Assembly (NCBI GenBank): GCA_951406725.2 | Contig: OX597825.1 | Coordinates: 1,736,001 to 1,800,000 of the forward strand | Origin: Octopus vulgaris | Lineage: Eukaryota | Direction: 5' to 3' | DNA: 64,000 nt | Shown here: positions 38,494 through 52,831 of the stretch, piece after piece | How the letters are laid out: every line of letters begins with the position of its first letter | Position numbering within the stretch: the stretch's first letter is position 1 | Notes under the pieces: model-generated | The model's input: only the letters and a program-made list of their open reading frames with translations | Told to the model about the DNA's origin: nothing | Databases searched by the model: none | Made by a program: the position numbers and the translations under genes

Positions 38494-40183
38494 CACTGGC
38501 GAACATGGTTTTGTTGTGTGGTATTGGAGACATATTTCCTAGTAATTTTGGGGTACTGATTTCAAAAATGAAATCCATTTTGCTGTATATACGTCAAGAT
38601 TATTCACAAACTCAAATGCCCATTTTTCAATATTTCCAGTATTGTCTCCATTTCTAAGGATGGATTTGACTTCATCAAATGCAGACCCAAGTATTAACAT
38701 AACATTGAAAACATAGTTCTTTCGAATATCCTTTTAAAATAAATGCAACAACTAAAGTGAAAACTAAAGTCATGATTTAAATATCTTCAGTAAATAAAAA
38801 GCATCAAAATTTGAGCAACTTTCACTATTTTCAATTTAATCTGTTTTTAATGTCACGATGATGACAGATATGTCCTTTATACAATTAGATGTTAATAAAC
38901 AGCACATTTCTGTGATTCTTGACATCATTTATGTCTCATATTTGTGAAATTTGTCAGCCGATACGCCCATACTGTGATTGATATCGGGTGACTGTCATTG
39001 TATATTCAGGTGAAGCATTTTAAATTCTTAACCTTAAACTATTTCTCATGAAAGTTAGTTTGAATGCGCCTTTAATGTTTTAATTGTGAGGTCACATGGT
39101 TCACTTTTTGTCAAGCATAGTCAAAGAAGTGTCGAAAGACCTACATAGTATTTATGCTCTTTATGGAACTTGGCCATCACCAATCTACATTTGCTAACTT
39201 CGTAACTTGACAATTCTGAAAATGCTTTTCCCAGGAGACAACTGGCTTGAGTATACGTTTTGTATTTCAGAAATATAACCAGTTGTGAGAGAATGAAATG
39301 CCAAACAGTCACAATGTCTTCTGCTGTATTTGTAGATATTACACTTTACTCATATAGTGTGTAAAACATGTATTGAAACATTGACACAGTAACTGTTTCA
39401 AATACTTAAGCAGAAAATGTTCGCTTTTGTCATGTGAGAAAATTAAGCTTAGTGTGCTTGACGGGTCACAAATTCGGTGGCTACCGCAGGATAAACAGTT
39501 TTTCGAGACCATGTTTGGCGTTGAAAAAGAAGCATGATATGTTTTTGGAGCAGTTGCATTTGAGTTCCTGAAAACAGGAAATCATCACCTTATGAAGAAG
39601 TTATACAAACCCTGTTAACCAGTCTTCGAGCACTGGGCTGTAAGTTGAGTGCGAAAGTGCATTTCTTGCACAGTGATCTGGACTACTTCTGTGAAAATCA
39701 TAATTTAATAAGCGAAAAACAAGGAGAACGATTCCACCAAGACATGAAGACCATGGAAACTAGATATCATGGCACGTGGAACACAAGCATGATGGCTGAC
39801 TACTGTTGGTCCCTGCAAAGTGACTGTCGTTGTTATGCAAGTTATTTACGCAGGGCAGCGAAAAGGAAGCTCATTCCTAGAGAAGCTGGAACACCAGTTT
39901 GACAGACATATCTATCCTAAAATGTGTGAGTAAACATTTTGGGTAATCTATTTTGGAAAACGATAAAAAGTACTAATTGCTTTTTTTAGTTTCTTGTTGT
40001 ATTAAATGGCCAAATTGACATTCTTTGGTTAAAAATGAATGTTTGGTAAAAAAAAAAAAAAATGAAAACAACAATTTGACGTGATAGAAAATTTCTTAGG
40101 GCATTTCTGAACCATCGAACTAAGTGGGTCTAATTATAAAATGCAAGGCAACTAAAATTACTTTTTGAAAATGTTACCCAGTA
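38494..40183 (+). mobile_element. Chapaev3-type (CMC group) DNA transposon, internally deleted
   Basis: Left end CACTGGCGAACA vs right end TGTTACCCAGTA; subterminal tatacgtcaa (~38590) vs ttgacgtgata (~40080); encloses a transposase C-terminal remnant. Confidence 0.75.
39391..39902 (+). pseudogene. Transposase C-terminal remnant (Chapaev3-like)
   Basis: CFKYLSRK..EKIKLSVLDGSQIR..EKEA* (stop at 39535), frameshift, then YEEVIQTLLTSLRALGCKLSAKVHFLHSDLDYFCEN..SEKQGERFHQDMKTMETRYHGTWNTSMMADYCWSL; matches the family motif MSLKIHFLHSHLDFFPENLGAVSDEHGERFHQ..MLADYCW. Confidence 0.92.
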
Positions 40184-40269
40184 TCACCAAACAAATTAAT
40201 AAAAACAGCTGACCAGCTTTATTACTTATGGACAGACGCCGATACAATTATGCTTATTCAGAAAGTAGA

Positions 40270-40396
40270 CTGTTGAATAAAACTTTACGTGATAGAAGAA
40301 ATTGACTGTAGTTTTGGAATCAGCATGCCAATGTTAATCTAAATCAAGTGAAAAAGCAAACTCAACTGAAATTATGTTCAAAATTGTTCCTCTGTA
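40270..40396 (+). mobile_element. Second Chapaev3-like right terminus
   Basis: tttacgtgatagaa..gttttggaatcagcatgccaa is reverse-complement-like to 38548-38598 (ttggggtactgatttcaaaa..tatacgtcaa); ends TGTTCCTCTGTA. Confidence 0.6.
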
Positions 40397-40650
40397 TTTA
40401 TAGAAGCAACGAATCAGATAGGTTGGAGAAATCCATTCTGTTTTATAATAAAATAGACAAGCCAAGGAGATGATATATATATATGGTAGATCGACCTACA
40501 AGAAATAGCGACCAAATCTCTCTCTCTTTCCTTCCACCCTCCTCTCCTTACCTCCATCCTCTCTCCTTCCCTCTCTCTCACTCTCTCTCTCTCTCTCTCT
40601 CGTCCCAACCTAACATCTTAAAATAATATTGAAAAATATATTCCTAGGAA

Positions 40651-41164
40651 CACTGGCCCTTTTGTAGGGCAGTTACAATATAATGCAGTGTTTATAGCGA
40701 TAGAGTTAATGCTTATCGGCCGATTATACGTAGATGAATAAAGTTGTTAAGAACTGCTGTTCTCGTTTAGCCCCAGGTCAACCTCGATCGAAGAAACCTG
40801 TGATAAAGGATATTTCAACTCAGATCGTGTTGTCTATTTCCTAGACAGAAAGTTTGTGACTGCATTATCTGACTTGTTCTTCTTTGCTAAGTTGATATAG
40901 TGCAATTTGATGGAGATTTAGTTGCTATATCTAGCAAGCCGGATGACCAAGTATAGGTACTCGGAAATAGTCTCGGCTTCTTAAGTAGAAGTCTTACCAA
41001 AGCTCTACATTTTCAAATCTAGTCAACCACTGTCTTCTCACAAATATCTCGGCAAAGTGTTCGCGTGTCATTCATAATTCACTAAGTATAATCGGCTGAT
41101 AAGCATAAAATCTATCGCTATAAAGACTGTATTATAGTGTAACTGCTTTACAAAAGGGCCAGTG
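40651..41164. repeat. Inverted repeat pair with 79-bp arms (MITE-like or inverted duplication)
   Basis: 40651-40729 vs reverse complement of 41086-41164: 71/79 identical, ungapped; termini CACTGG...CCAGTG. Confidence 0.95.
40755..40965 (-). mobile_element. Family C repeat inside the inverted-repeat spacer
   Basis: gtttagccccaggtcaacctcgatcga..acctgtgataaagg..atttgatggagatttagttgctatatctagca. Confidence 0.8.
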
Positions 41165-41485
41165 GATATTTTTCATTGATTTAGGTTCATAACATGCATA
41201 AACTTGCTTTAACAAAACAGATTCATTGCAAGAAATGGTACCACTTGGACTGTATCAACTCTTCAATCGATACGATACACGTGATTGTTGCAATGATTCA
41301 ATATGGATCTACATTTAATCGACCGATGTACACACATTCACGTGGTTGTACTTTCGTCAATATCCATGCTTCTAGGGACATGATCATTTGACTAAACTTG
41401 CAAGTGACTCGGGGTGGCACTGCAAGACTCAACAATTTGAGAAAATTATAGATTATCTTTGATCCGATGATACTCTGCAAAGGAA

Positions 41486-41605
41486 TTACAGTAACCTGTC
41501 AGCGATGTCTGGATCATAACTGCGCCATTCATCACTCTTATTGTTTTCAATCTCGATGTTGCAAGATTTCCAAAGATTGTATAACACATCTGAATATAAT
41601 TCCTT
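41486..41605 (-). other. Candidate coding exon (unverified; terminal, or internal with donor after 41496)
   Basis: Acceptor atttcAG, frame KELYSDVLYNLWKSCNIEIENNKSDEWRSYDPDIADRLL*; weak donor CAG|GTTACT. Confidence 0.25.
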
Positions 41606-43364
41606 CTGAAATCTATATATTGTGTAATCATTTAAATTAACAATAGATTATCACTACAACATCAAACTGAGATCACTTAAGATTTCACTTTAGTCGCAAG
41701 ACTGGTGTACAAAAGAAATGCAGTCGATATTATCGGTCCAAGCAGTATCTTATTTATATGTAATTTCGTTTCTTAAATATGAGGTAAAACAGTTCTTTTT
41801 CTCTTGTGGGATTTGAACACAGACCTGCGAGGTTTCTAACTAAATATAATAAAACATTAATACCTTCCTCTTTAATAAAAAGAAGTAATAAAAATAAGTG
41901 AATGTTTCCAGTCATTCTTTTCACTGACGAAAAATAATATTCTCAACGACTTGTGTAAATTTCTTTCCAGCTCTATTCATAAAACCACTCATACAGATTT
42001 CGCTATTTTCTCAGAGTCTATTAAAAAGTAAATATGTTTTCGTGTGAAGAACTTCATAGAAACGACTTTCATCATAATGTTTCTTATTTTGAATAAAGAT
42101 TCTTTTGTACTTTATATGAAATAATTCCAACTGTTTATTTCAAGTACTCGTTGTTATTGCAGCGAAATCACCAAGGAGTTAAACAATAAGAAAATTCGTT
42201 GCAATATATAATAATACTTGCTCACATATAGCTTGTATAAAGCAATTGAGCATTTCATTCAATGCTAACCAACTCAGCATACTTTTGTACTACTTGTAGT
42301 CTGTAATATCAATGGACGTGTGTCAGCTGAATAGCGTTATAAAAGAAATGAAGACATAAATTTCAGATAGGTTATCCAGTCTAAGCTTCCGTTACCGGTT
42401 TAGTGTTGTGAAATACGCTCTTTGCTGACAATGTAAGTCGGCGACATGTCTCACAACACGATATTTAAAAACAAGTCTATGAATACTACATAATTACTGA
42501 AGGAATTATTTTATATTCAACGTCTTCAAAGTAAAGTGTCGTATGAGTTTGATATGTTGCTATATGAGACCACAACGGGAAAAAAAACATTATAGATAAC
42601 ATAGGCCAACAGTTTGAAAATCAGTATTATCTGCAGTAGTCTACTTTCATTTCAATTTCATGTGGATTTAATAAAACGTGCTGATATTATTTTACAATTC
42701 ATTAGAGTGAAGCTGGAACAAACGTAATCAAATGGACTTTAGTTAATCACTGTTTAATTATAAGTTGAAAACCAACCAATTCACCGCCACCTAGCGTAGC
42801 AAATGTCCGTCTGACAACAGTTCATTCTGTTTTATTATACAAAAGCAAAATAAGATGAAAGGATAAAGCTCAGTTGGAAAGCATTATGTATAATCACGAT
42901 CGCGCATTTTTCGTAAAATCGTTAGTATTAACTTATTAATAGATTGGAATATTTGATGGTGATTGATATACACACACCGCTCAAAATATGCTGTTGGAAA
43001 AACTGATATTGTGTAATGAACTATATGAAGCATTTGATCATCAAACTGGTATGGATCTCAACAAAAACTTATAAATACATTCAAGCTCTCGCAGTATATT
43101 AAAACGAACATGTGCCTATATAATTGATAAAAAAAAATCATATTCCATAATGAACAGCTTAAGCACATTTAGCAAGCAATAAAGTACCACATCTGTTTTG
43201 TTACAAGTAAAATAAAAAAAATGGCAGGGTGCAATAAAACGGTAAAATTTAATGGCTGTATTACAAACCCTATGAACTGTATTTGAAATGTAATAATTAG
43301 AAATGAAATGGAATATAAATAGTGATCTTTTGGATCAAAATAAAATTAATTATTTCCTGATATC

Positions 43365-43672
43365 AATTATCCACTCTTCTTCTCCACTATTCCAGTGATG
43401 GTCGTATGGGTAGAGTCCTCAGACACCTCTTCCATATAGTTCTCTAAGAAGCAACCATCATTTGACTTTCTGGCTGGATATCCAAGCATCATCAACTGAG
43501 ACTATGGATATATTACAACCATCTTGTTCTTGGCTTGCCCTTAGGTACCCTGGCAATTTATCTCGGTTAGAAGAATCCGTCTTACGATTCTTTTCTGCTA
43601 CATTTTAATCACATGTCCGTAGTTCCGTAATTGTGACCTCTTAATGCTGAGAATATTTGAAGAGTATTGATT
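43365..43672 (-). mobile_element. RTE-clade LINE 3' end remnant
   Basis: Minus strand reads IKRSQLRNYGHVIKM*QKRIVRRILL (cf. QLRWFGHVxRM), followed by a decayed RPRGRPRTRW region. Confidence 0.8.
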
Positions 43673-44519
43673 TTAATAAGGATAAACTGTATAAAAGCAC
43701 AAAATCACAGAAGTGCATAATTGGTCCCTTCACTCACATTGTAGACCATGCCACGAGGTTATATGCATTTCATTGGAAACAAACACCATTTCTTTTTCAT
43801 TGATTTAAAGATTACAAAACGCAGAACTGTGAAAGCAGTGTCGGAAAAATAATTGTTCCGCAACTTTATTTTTCTGCAGCGTTTTCAACATTTTATCAAA
43901 TTTAAAATGCAGCTTGTACACTAACACCTTCTTTTCAGATAATGCAAAAATGTAAAAGAATGTGAAGATACATAAAATTTCCAACATGTTTTTTTGATAT
44001 CAGTGGAAATTTCCGTTTATTAGTATGTCATTTCTTTTATTACGATAAGAACACTGAGAATCAATTTTATAAAAGCATTTCGAATAAATATGAATTTATA
44101 ACACCATGTCTTGAGATATAAGGATAATTTGATTTCTTATTCTATCTGTAAATCATGAAGAATTTGCTAAACAACCGAAATAGAAAAGGTCAATTATTTT
44201 AACATATGATATCTTTTATATGTTTGGAAATGTCTTCGTGCTAGTTCACCTTAAACAATGTCCATTTTAAATGTTATATTATTCGAAAATGTGACTTGAT
44301 GTTGTAAATTATATTATTCAATGTTGCAAAATTAGCAATGAGATAGTCGGAAGATGTATGACACTCATCTAAAGTGGTCACTCATCACTCTAAGCAGACA
44401 TGTTATAATAGAATATAAATATAGATTCCTCTAAAAGAAGACAATAGAAAAATGTATGTTTGCCAGCATCATATATTGTCTTTATGCTTGCATTCGTAGT
44501 ATAAGCGTCATGAAGAATA

Positions 44520-44700
44520 GCTGTACCGCTCTCCAGAAACAAAATATATGAATGTTGGGTCGGAGCGGCAAGTGTGGGTCTGATAATGCGGCTGTGGGCG
44601 GAGGAGCGCATTTTAAAGGCGGGTTTCAGCCTCAATAATGAGGGAAATACGGAATACTTTTGGTTCTTTGACTGACTTGGTATGGCCGCCCCGCTTTTGG
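44520..44700 (+). promoter_or_regulatory. CpG-rich island with GC boxes (putative promoter)
   Basis: 10 CpG in ~170 bp; GGGCGG at 44596-44601, GGCGGG at 44618-44623, CCGCCC at 44686-44691, TTTAAA at 44612-44617. Orientation is tentative. Confidence 0.35.
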
Positions 44701-46619
44701 AACTCAGAGGCATATTTCATATCACTATTTTATTTGCTTGCATATGGTGTTATTTTATAACTCGATGTAAAACCTTTATGTTTAATAATTAGTTTCTGTA
44801 AAGTGCCCTACCAGTACCCCTGGTAATAACAGAAATCATTAATGTTATACAAATGATAACTAGTAGAATTTAGCCAAGTATAAATTCTATTAGAGAAATA
44901 TATCATTTAATTTGCTTAATCAATTAGTTATTTCGCTTTCCTTGCACAAGTAATCTTAGTATATTTCCCGAGGCATTTTTTCCCCCATTTCATAGAGACA
45001 AATGTCTTTAACGTATCCAGTAGTATGTATTTCAGTAACAACATTTAATTTCGCTCTTAAATTGCCTGCACATATAAGAAATCAATTTAGATAATGAACC
45101 ATTTGAAAAAAGAAAATATTTTGTTTTCTTTTGGCTGCGATCGCAGAGAGAAAAAAATCGTTCCAACAGATAAGCTGGGAATTAGAATGGTGTTTATTTA
45201 CCTATAATTGTTTTAGTTCTACGCAGGATTTTATTGCAATTGAATGCGCAAAGTAAATTATTAAACCATTACTTCTTCAACGCTTGAAAAGCTGAAACAA
45301 AATGCAGTGTAAATAATTTCGGTATCATTGATCAATAATTATTGCGATTGGGTATAAATTAAAGTTTCAGACAAATAAATAACTACTGCAGCACAATTTC
45401 GCTGCCAAGCAATTAGTGTTTAAGAATGTTATTCGACTTTCACAAAACTTTTAACATTTACTTAAATTATTTTAAACTTGATATCGTCAAGATTCATCTT
45501 CTGAATTTACTGCAACTAAGAAATTGATCTCGATATTTTGCTACACACAATTACAATTAGTAGTGTCAATATTTGACTGTTTAAATTGATCTTGAACAAA
45601 GACACAACCAGTGTTTTCTTTTCTCTTTTCATTTATCAATTGTGTTCTTTAAAAAAAATTGGCTTATAGTTCAAGGGTGGTTAGGGCTACTATTTCTTGT
45701 AGATTAAGAGACAAAATATTGGCTCCCTTGGTGTGAACAGTAAAGGTAGGTTTACAGAACGAGTTACAAAAATTTCTAGATCAGAGGAGCCGAGGTTTTG
45801 TAATAATGGTAGAAGAGATACTGAAAAGAGGAGGTTATCTGACGACTGTACCGTGTGAGTACATGGTTGGTTGTCAGTCAGTTGAATAAAAATCTCTGAA
45901 GTATTTCCTCACTTCTGAATACTGTTAAAATCAATTCAGCGAATGCTCAATTTACAATCGGTGCATTTAGAAAGTAAAAGTACATCCAGATAGATTTCAT
46001 CTTTAAAAGGTAGAATAAAAATTTTAAAAATGCATCAAACCCCAGAGTGCAAGGCTTTTTACATGTTCTATAAAATCAAGGGGTCTCCATCGTGTAATAT
46101 AAATTTAATATAAAAGAATTTGAATTGCCAGAAGCGGTAGTGAATCGAGAAAATGCTTTTTGTTAGTTTAGCCACTGGTCTTTGTATTTACATTCCATGT
46201 CCAAACAAGATCGACTATTTTTTTCTTCATTCCTAGGATGATTAAATAAGTATCATTCTAGAAATAACTTAGTTATAATCCACTACACTTTTCGCCCAAA
46301 ATATGTTGGCTTCTACTTGCTTGCGTTGGAAATAAACATAAATTTTCGTTGATACGGCGAGTAATAAAGTATTTTAGTTGTATTACGTATTTAGTTCGAA
46401 AGTTCATGCAAACAGAAATCTACGTCATACATAGTCAAATAATTATTGATTCAGATAATTATTGATCCCAGATAACAATAATAATCATTTTGAGAGCGCC
46501 GAAAAGACAAAGAATAGTATCTGTTTTATTTTTTTATATTTGGTGACGGTGTTAGCAGCTGATCTTCCGATCGAATCAAGGGGGCCATGTTTCGATTGAA
46601 TTTGTTTTTTTTTTTATTG

Positions 46620-46923
46620 CTGTCGGCTGCAGCTCCAAGCGGAAATGTTCCGTTCTTCCCTATCCAGGTAACAAACAGCGGTATTTGAAATCAGAACATA
46701 CAAATCCGAAAAAAACAAAAAAAAAAAAAAAAAATCTCACAACGCATCTTATCCGATGCTCAAACAATGTAAGCGAACTCGCAACTCTGTACTGAACCTT
46801 TATTTATGAACCCCCAAAAGGATAAAAGAAAAAGTTGACCTCGGTTGCATTTGAGCTCAGAGCGTAGAAAGGCGTAACATGTACCGCAAAGCTTTCCATT
46901 CAATGATTGCAGAGTCGTCGCCT
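46620..46923 (-). mobile_element. Two tandem degenerate SINE family A copies
   Basis: gcggtatttgaaatcagaac (46678) and cccccaaaaggataaaagaaaaagttgacctcgg..atttgagctcagagcgta..taccgcaaagc..gtcgcct. Confidence 0.72.
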
Positions 46924-47279
46924 CTACATTTGGAATGTCACAGTATTCGGTGGATCAATTGCTGTTCCACTGTCCTGCTGATAAATCAGCTTATTTTATT
47001 AATGCCCAGCATTTAACGACGAAGATTTAGTGCCTTTGCTATCATTCGACCAACTCGAAATCACAATCATACCTCCCTCAAATCATAGAATACTGCCATA
47101 TAAAAGATGGGATGAGCGTATGCAGGCAAACGCAGTCATGGATATTTTATACATTAATAAAGATTAGATGTTTACAGTACAAACGCTTTTGATCGCAAAT
47201 CTGTTCCATCAGCCAAATCTACCAAAAATAACACCCCATCATCATAGGAAAAAAGGAAATATTAAATAAGGTAGCCTTA

Positions 47280-47434
47280 TGTACATACATAAATCTATAC
47301 ACACACACATGTATATTTACATACATATATATACATGTGTATATCCATATATATACATGCATTTACACACACACACACATGTAGATATACATACATATAT
47401 ATACATGTGTATATCCATATATATACATGCATTT

Positions 47435-47467
<33 letters not shown>

Positions 47468-47593
47468 CATTTACATACATAAACATATACATACATATAT
47501 ATTTAAATATATGTGTATATACCTATATATATACATGCATTTACATACATATATAAACATATACATACATACATATACATACATACATATACA

Positions 47594-47680
<87 letters not shown>

Positions 47681-47690
47681 GCATATATCG
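47280..47690. repeat. Compound microsatellite with an internal 70-bp-period tandem duplication
   Basis: atatatatacatgtgtatatccatatatatacatgcatttacacacacacacaca occurs twice (~47325 and ~47395). Confidence 0.95.
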
Positions 47691-49229
47691 ACAGTAACTT
47701 TGGAAGTGGATGAGATGTCATGGTTGCTATCCCTTTGATCATAGATATGTTAGATCAAAACTGACCTGCGTCTAAACAACAACAACAGCAACTACAAAAA
47801 CAATGACATTTTGTGCTTCATTCAAAAGAAAATTGCCAAAATATACTGAATGAATAAGTAGTTTTGCATCAATTGCATATACATATATTCTTATGTACCA
47901 ATATGCTTCAATATATCTCCTCATAATGTATTTATTGTATACGGTTTTGTACGTGTGTGGATATCCATTTATACATGAACTTTTGCATGTAAGTTTGGAT
48001 TTATCTTACGACAGCATCGGAAATATTATCATAAATACATTCCACTTCAACTTTGATATTTGTTTTGAACCTATATATCCTTAATTTATATTGATCGTTC
48101 TTGTCACCGAAATGTACACAGCAGTTATATTACATTGCGTGTTTATACATGCAAAGTAAATAAAACACGATGGGACTGCTTTGCAGGAAGGAGAACCAAA
48201 TACACACATATATACATATATATGCATATATGCATATACATATATATACATATACATGCACGCATACATACCTACAGAGATATACATTCATACATATATA
48301 CTTATATATATAAACGTCTGAAAATATCGCCTAAAATAGCGATTGACTATGTAGATTAAATATCCTTATCTGCTTGCTACACACTATTTTCTTTGGAACG
48401 AATGATATCTGAAGTGTTTTAGAAGATATGCATCTTTGCTAAAATCCCAAACTACGTGAATATACTTTACATTTATGTCATCGTGCAATATCGAGGGAAA
48501 TACTTTGCATTATTTCAAAGTTTTAGAAGAGCAAAGAAGAAAAAAAGGAAAAGATATCACAAAACGATATAAAGCTATATTGGTAGAAATGTCAAGATTA
48601 TACACACACACTCACACACACACAGACAGACACATGCATGTGTGTATATGTGTAGTGCGTGTGTATGTGCGTGAGTAGTCGCACACTTGTGTGTTGTGTG
48701 TTGATATCATATCGCTCGTGTAGCAGAATAATTGACATTTCAAATAAAACTATGGCGAAACCGTCAACTAGATTTATTTACCTTGCATAAATTACCTCGT
48801 CTAAAATATTTTCTAAACTTGGAATTATTCTGTTTAAAATGTTTTAATTCCCATGTATCACACAGTTCCTTATATTGCAGAAGATCAAAAGCTATTTAAC
48901 ACAAGGTCCAAACAGACTTAAGTCAAAGTCATGCCAGTCGCAACCTCGCATATTTTTAGGTGTATATAGGACTACTTTATCTAGTGTGTTGTTTCAGTAT
49001 GGTGTGTTGTCCTTTGGTTGATATTTAGCCATTATTCCTAGCAGCTGGTATAACCTTATACAACAAGGACGTTGTCTCACTTCATAATGGTGTGTTGTTG
49101 GCATAAAATATATTATTATTTAATATATATATATATTATATTTTATTCAATGCTTTAATTAGCAAATATTTATACCTTAATTTTTTAAAAAGACAAATTA
49201 CACTAACACTAGTTACACACATTCACTCA

Positions 49230-49260
<31 letters not shown>

Positions 49261-49696
49261 CACACACACACCACACCACACACACACACTCACTCACACA
49301 CGTATACAATTATGGTAAGTACATTTCCCAAATTATTCGATTCCATGTTCATTCTCACTGCTCTCCACATTGAGCAATACTAAATCCTTGAAACTTAAAA
49401 TTAGTGGGTGGAAACTGTGTGAAAGGTATTGGCTGAATTCTGTAGATACATATATACATACACACATACATACGTACATAAATATACGCACACATACATA
49501 GATACATACATACACACATATATGCATACACCCACACATGCATACACACATACATGCATATACACACACTCACACACATATATATATATAAAGTAACAAT
49601 CTGAGGAAAAGAAATCCTTCAAATAGGTGTGTTAAACATCCAATTCACTGGTAAGTCAGTTGGATACCATATAAATATTGGTATAATTCAATTATG

Positions 49697-50910
<1,214 letters not shown>

Positions 50911-50944
50911 TATATATATATATATATATTTATATATCTACCTG

Positions 50945-51150
50945 GATATCCCTTTCCTAGATGTGAAATCTGAACGCACATGGAACACAAACCCCACACA
51001 CAGAAGAAATATGCCCCAATGACGAACTGCCTCAGCACACAAGTATAAGAGCACCATGGTCAGAACAAAAGCAAAATAACGTAAATAGGTCACAACAATT
51101 TGCCCGAAAGAGAAAACCAACGATGAGAAACATCGAAAAGATACCACACT
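50945..51150 (+). mobile_element. Penelope-like RT C-terminal remnant
   Basis: IPFLDVK (50948)..NPTH..HKYKSTMVR..TIC..DE follows the PLE pattern LPFLDV..KPTH..K..RA..IC..E, with stops. Confidence 0.55.
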
Positions 51151-51472
51151 AGAGTAATGTCCCTCGATTCATTGTTTTATTCACGTGAATTCACCAGAAT
51201 CTCTGCGGACTAAACGAAGCTGTGTTTTCCAAACGGAGGCGAATACCTTTCTCTATATGATCGACTTGAAAAATTAAGACATTAGGATATTTTCCTATTT
51301 TTCCTAACATGAAACCAATGGTAACCTTAATTCACAAATAAAGAAATTATATCCACCAATGCGGTGTTGAGCACTCATTTTCGTTGTTCGATATTTAGCT
51401 ACACACACACAGACACAGACATACACACACACACACATACATATATGTACAAACTCATACACACATCTATGG

Positions 51473-51524
<52 letters not shown>

Positions 51525-51541
51525 TTATATATATATATATA

Positions 51542-51573
<32 letters not shown>

Positions 51574-52831
51574 ACAAACACGATTATAGAATGGTTCATT
51601 GAACTAAATGCTGCGACATTTGTTTATGATCTTTAAGATCCGGTTATAGGCTATTGAACCTGAAGTCGATAAAACAAGTACCATTCAAATTATTGAGGTT
51701 GATGACTCAGCATCGTGACAATCGAATACCTGCAACCAGTAAATAAAAAAAAGAAACAAAATAACAGTAAAAAAACATAAAACTAAACGTGTGTTTATAT
51801 GTGTGTGTCTGTGTGTCATTATTAACAGTTTGGGTGTCTTAATCATTTAATAGGGATTTCTCCCCCTCCCTTTCTCTCCCTCTCGCTGGCTTTCATTATC
51901 AATATTGTCAATATATTCTTCTTGTATTACAAACTTCAGTATTATACGTACTTTACTAAACTAAACCAAATGTGTTTTGATGAACACCCGCTAAGCAATG
52001 AATCTAAGCAAACGTAGAGGATATCTTAATATATTCACATCATGGAGTATCGGAAGTGAAGTTGTTGTTTTCCCACTAGAATATGCAAACATCAATTGTG
52101 AAATTCAAGAAGGCTATAATGTATGAACTCAGCAACCACGAAATAATTTTTTTAAAAAAGCAAGGACGGTGTGGATTTAATGAAAAAAAGAAATTAAAGA
52201 AAAGAAATGCATGTACTAATGATATAATGTTCTTTCTGTTGTTTATATTGAACGCTATATCGATATGATTGATCAGCCTTCTCGCTGAAGCTGTTTATTT
52301 TCAATCAGCGTCTCTGTTTACAAATTCATTAACTCATTCCGTCTTCTTTCGCTTCGTCGTTTGCCCTGTCACGTTGAAACAAAAAAGGAAATGTATCTTT
52401 CCTCTGTAATGTACTTTCTAATTTTTACGGATAATTTCCTCAAGATTTGAGTGATCGATGAAATAAAGAGCAAGTAGTGCTATATACATATACACACACA
52501 TACAAAACATACATACGTACATAAATACACACACGTACATACATTTTTTCTCTCCTTTTTTTGTGTCCCTTTCTGTAGAAGAGCGTAGGCTCGAAACGTA
52601 AAAGACTTTTTCTATTCCTGAGCGTTATACTAATACATCTGTTTGTTTTGTACACCACCTGTCTTCGTCTTTTGTTTTTTTCGTAAACTCTCCCAACATA
52701 TATATACAAGCAAATCAAAAATAAATACAAACATTGGAAAAACAGAACAAAACAACAAAAGTCAAAAGAAGTATACAGGGAATACATTAGATTCACGCTC
52801 AGAAGTTTCAGATGTGAAAAATTAGGACTGT

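Noticed and set aside
43805-43987. ORF MLEILCIFTFFYIFALSE as a signal peptide
   Set aside because: T-rich DNA readily yields hydrophobic runs; the donor is weak and there is no supporting context.
44680-44720. Minus-strand YASEFQKRGGH resembling Helitron Rep motif 2 (EFQKRGLPH)
   Set aside because: It lacks the HxH residues and any other Rep/helicase motif, and the frame closes shortly afterwards.
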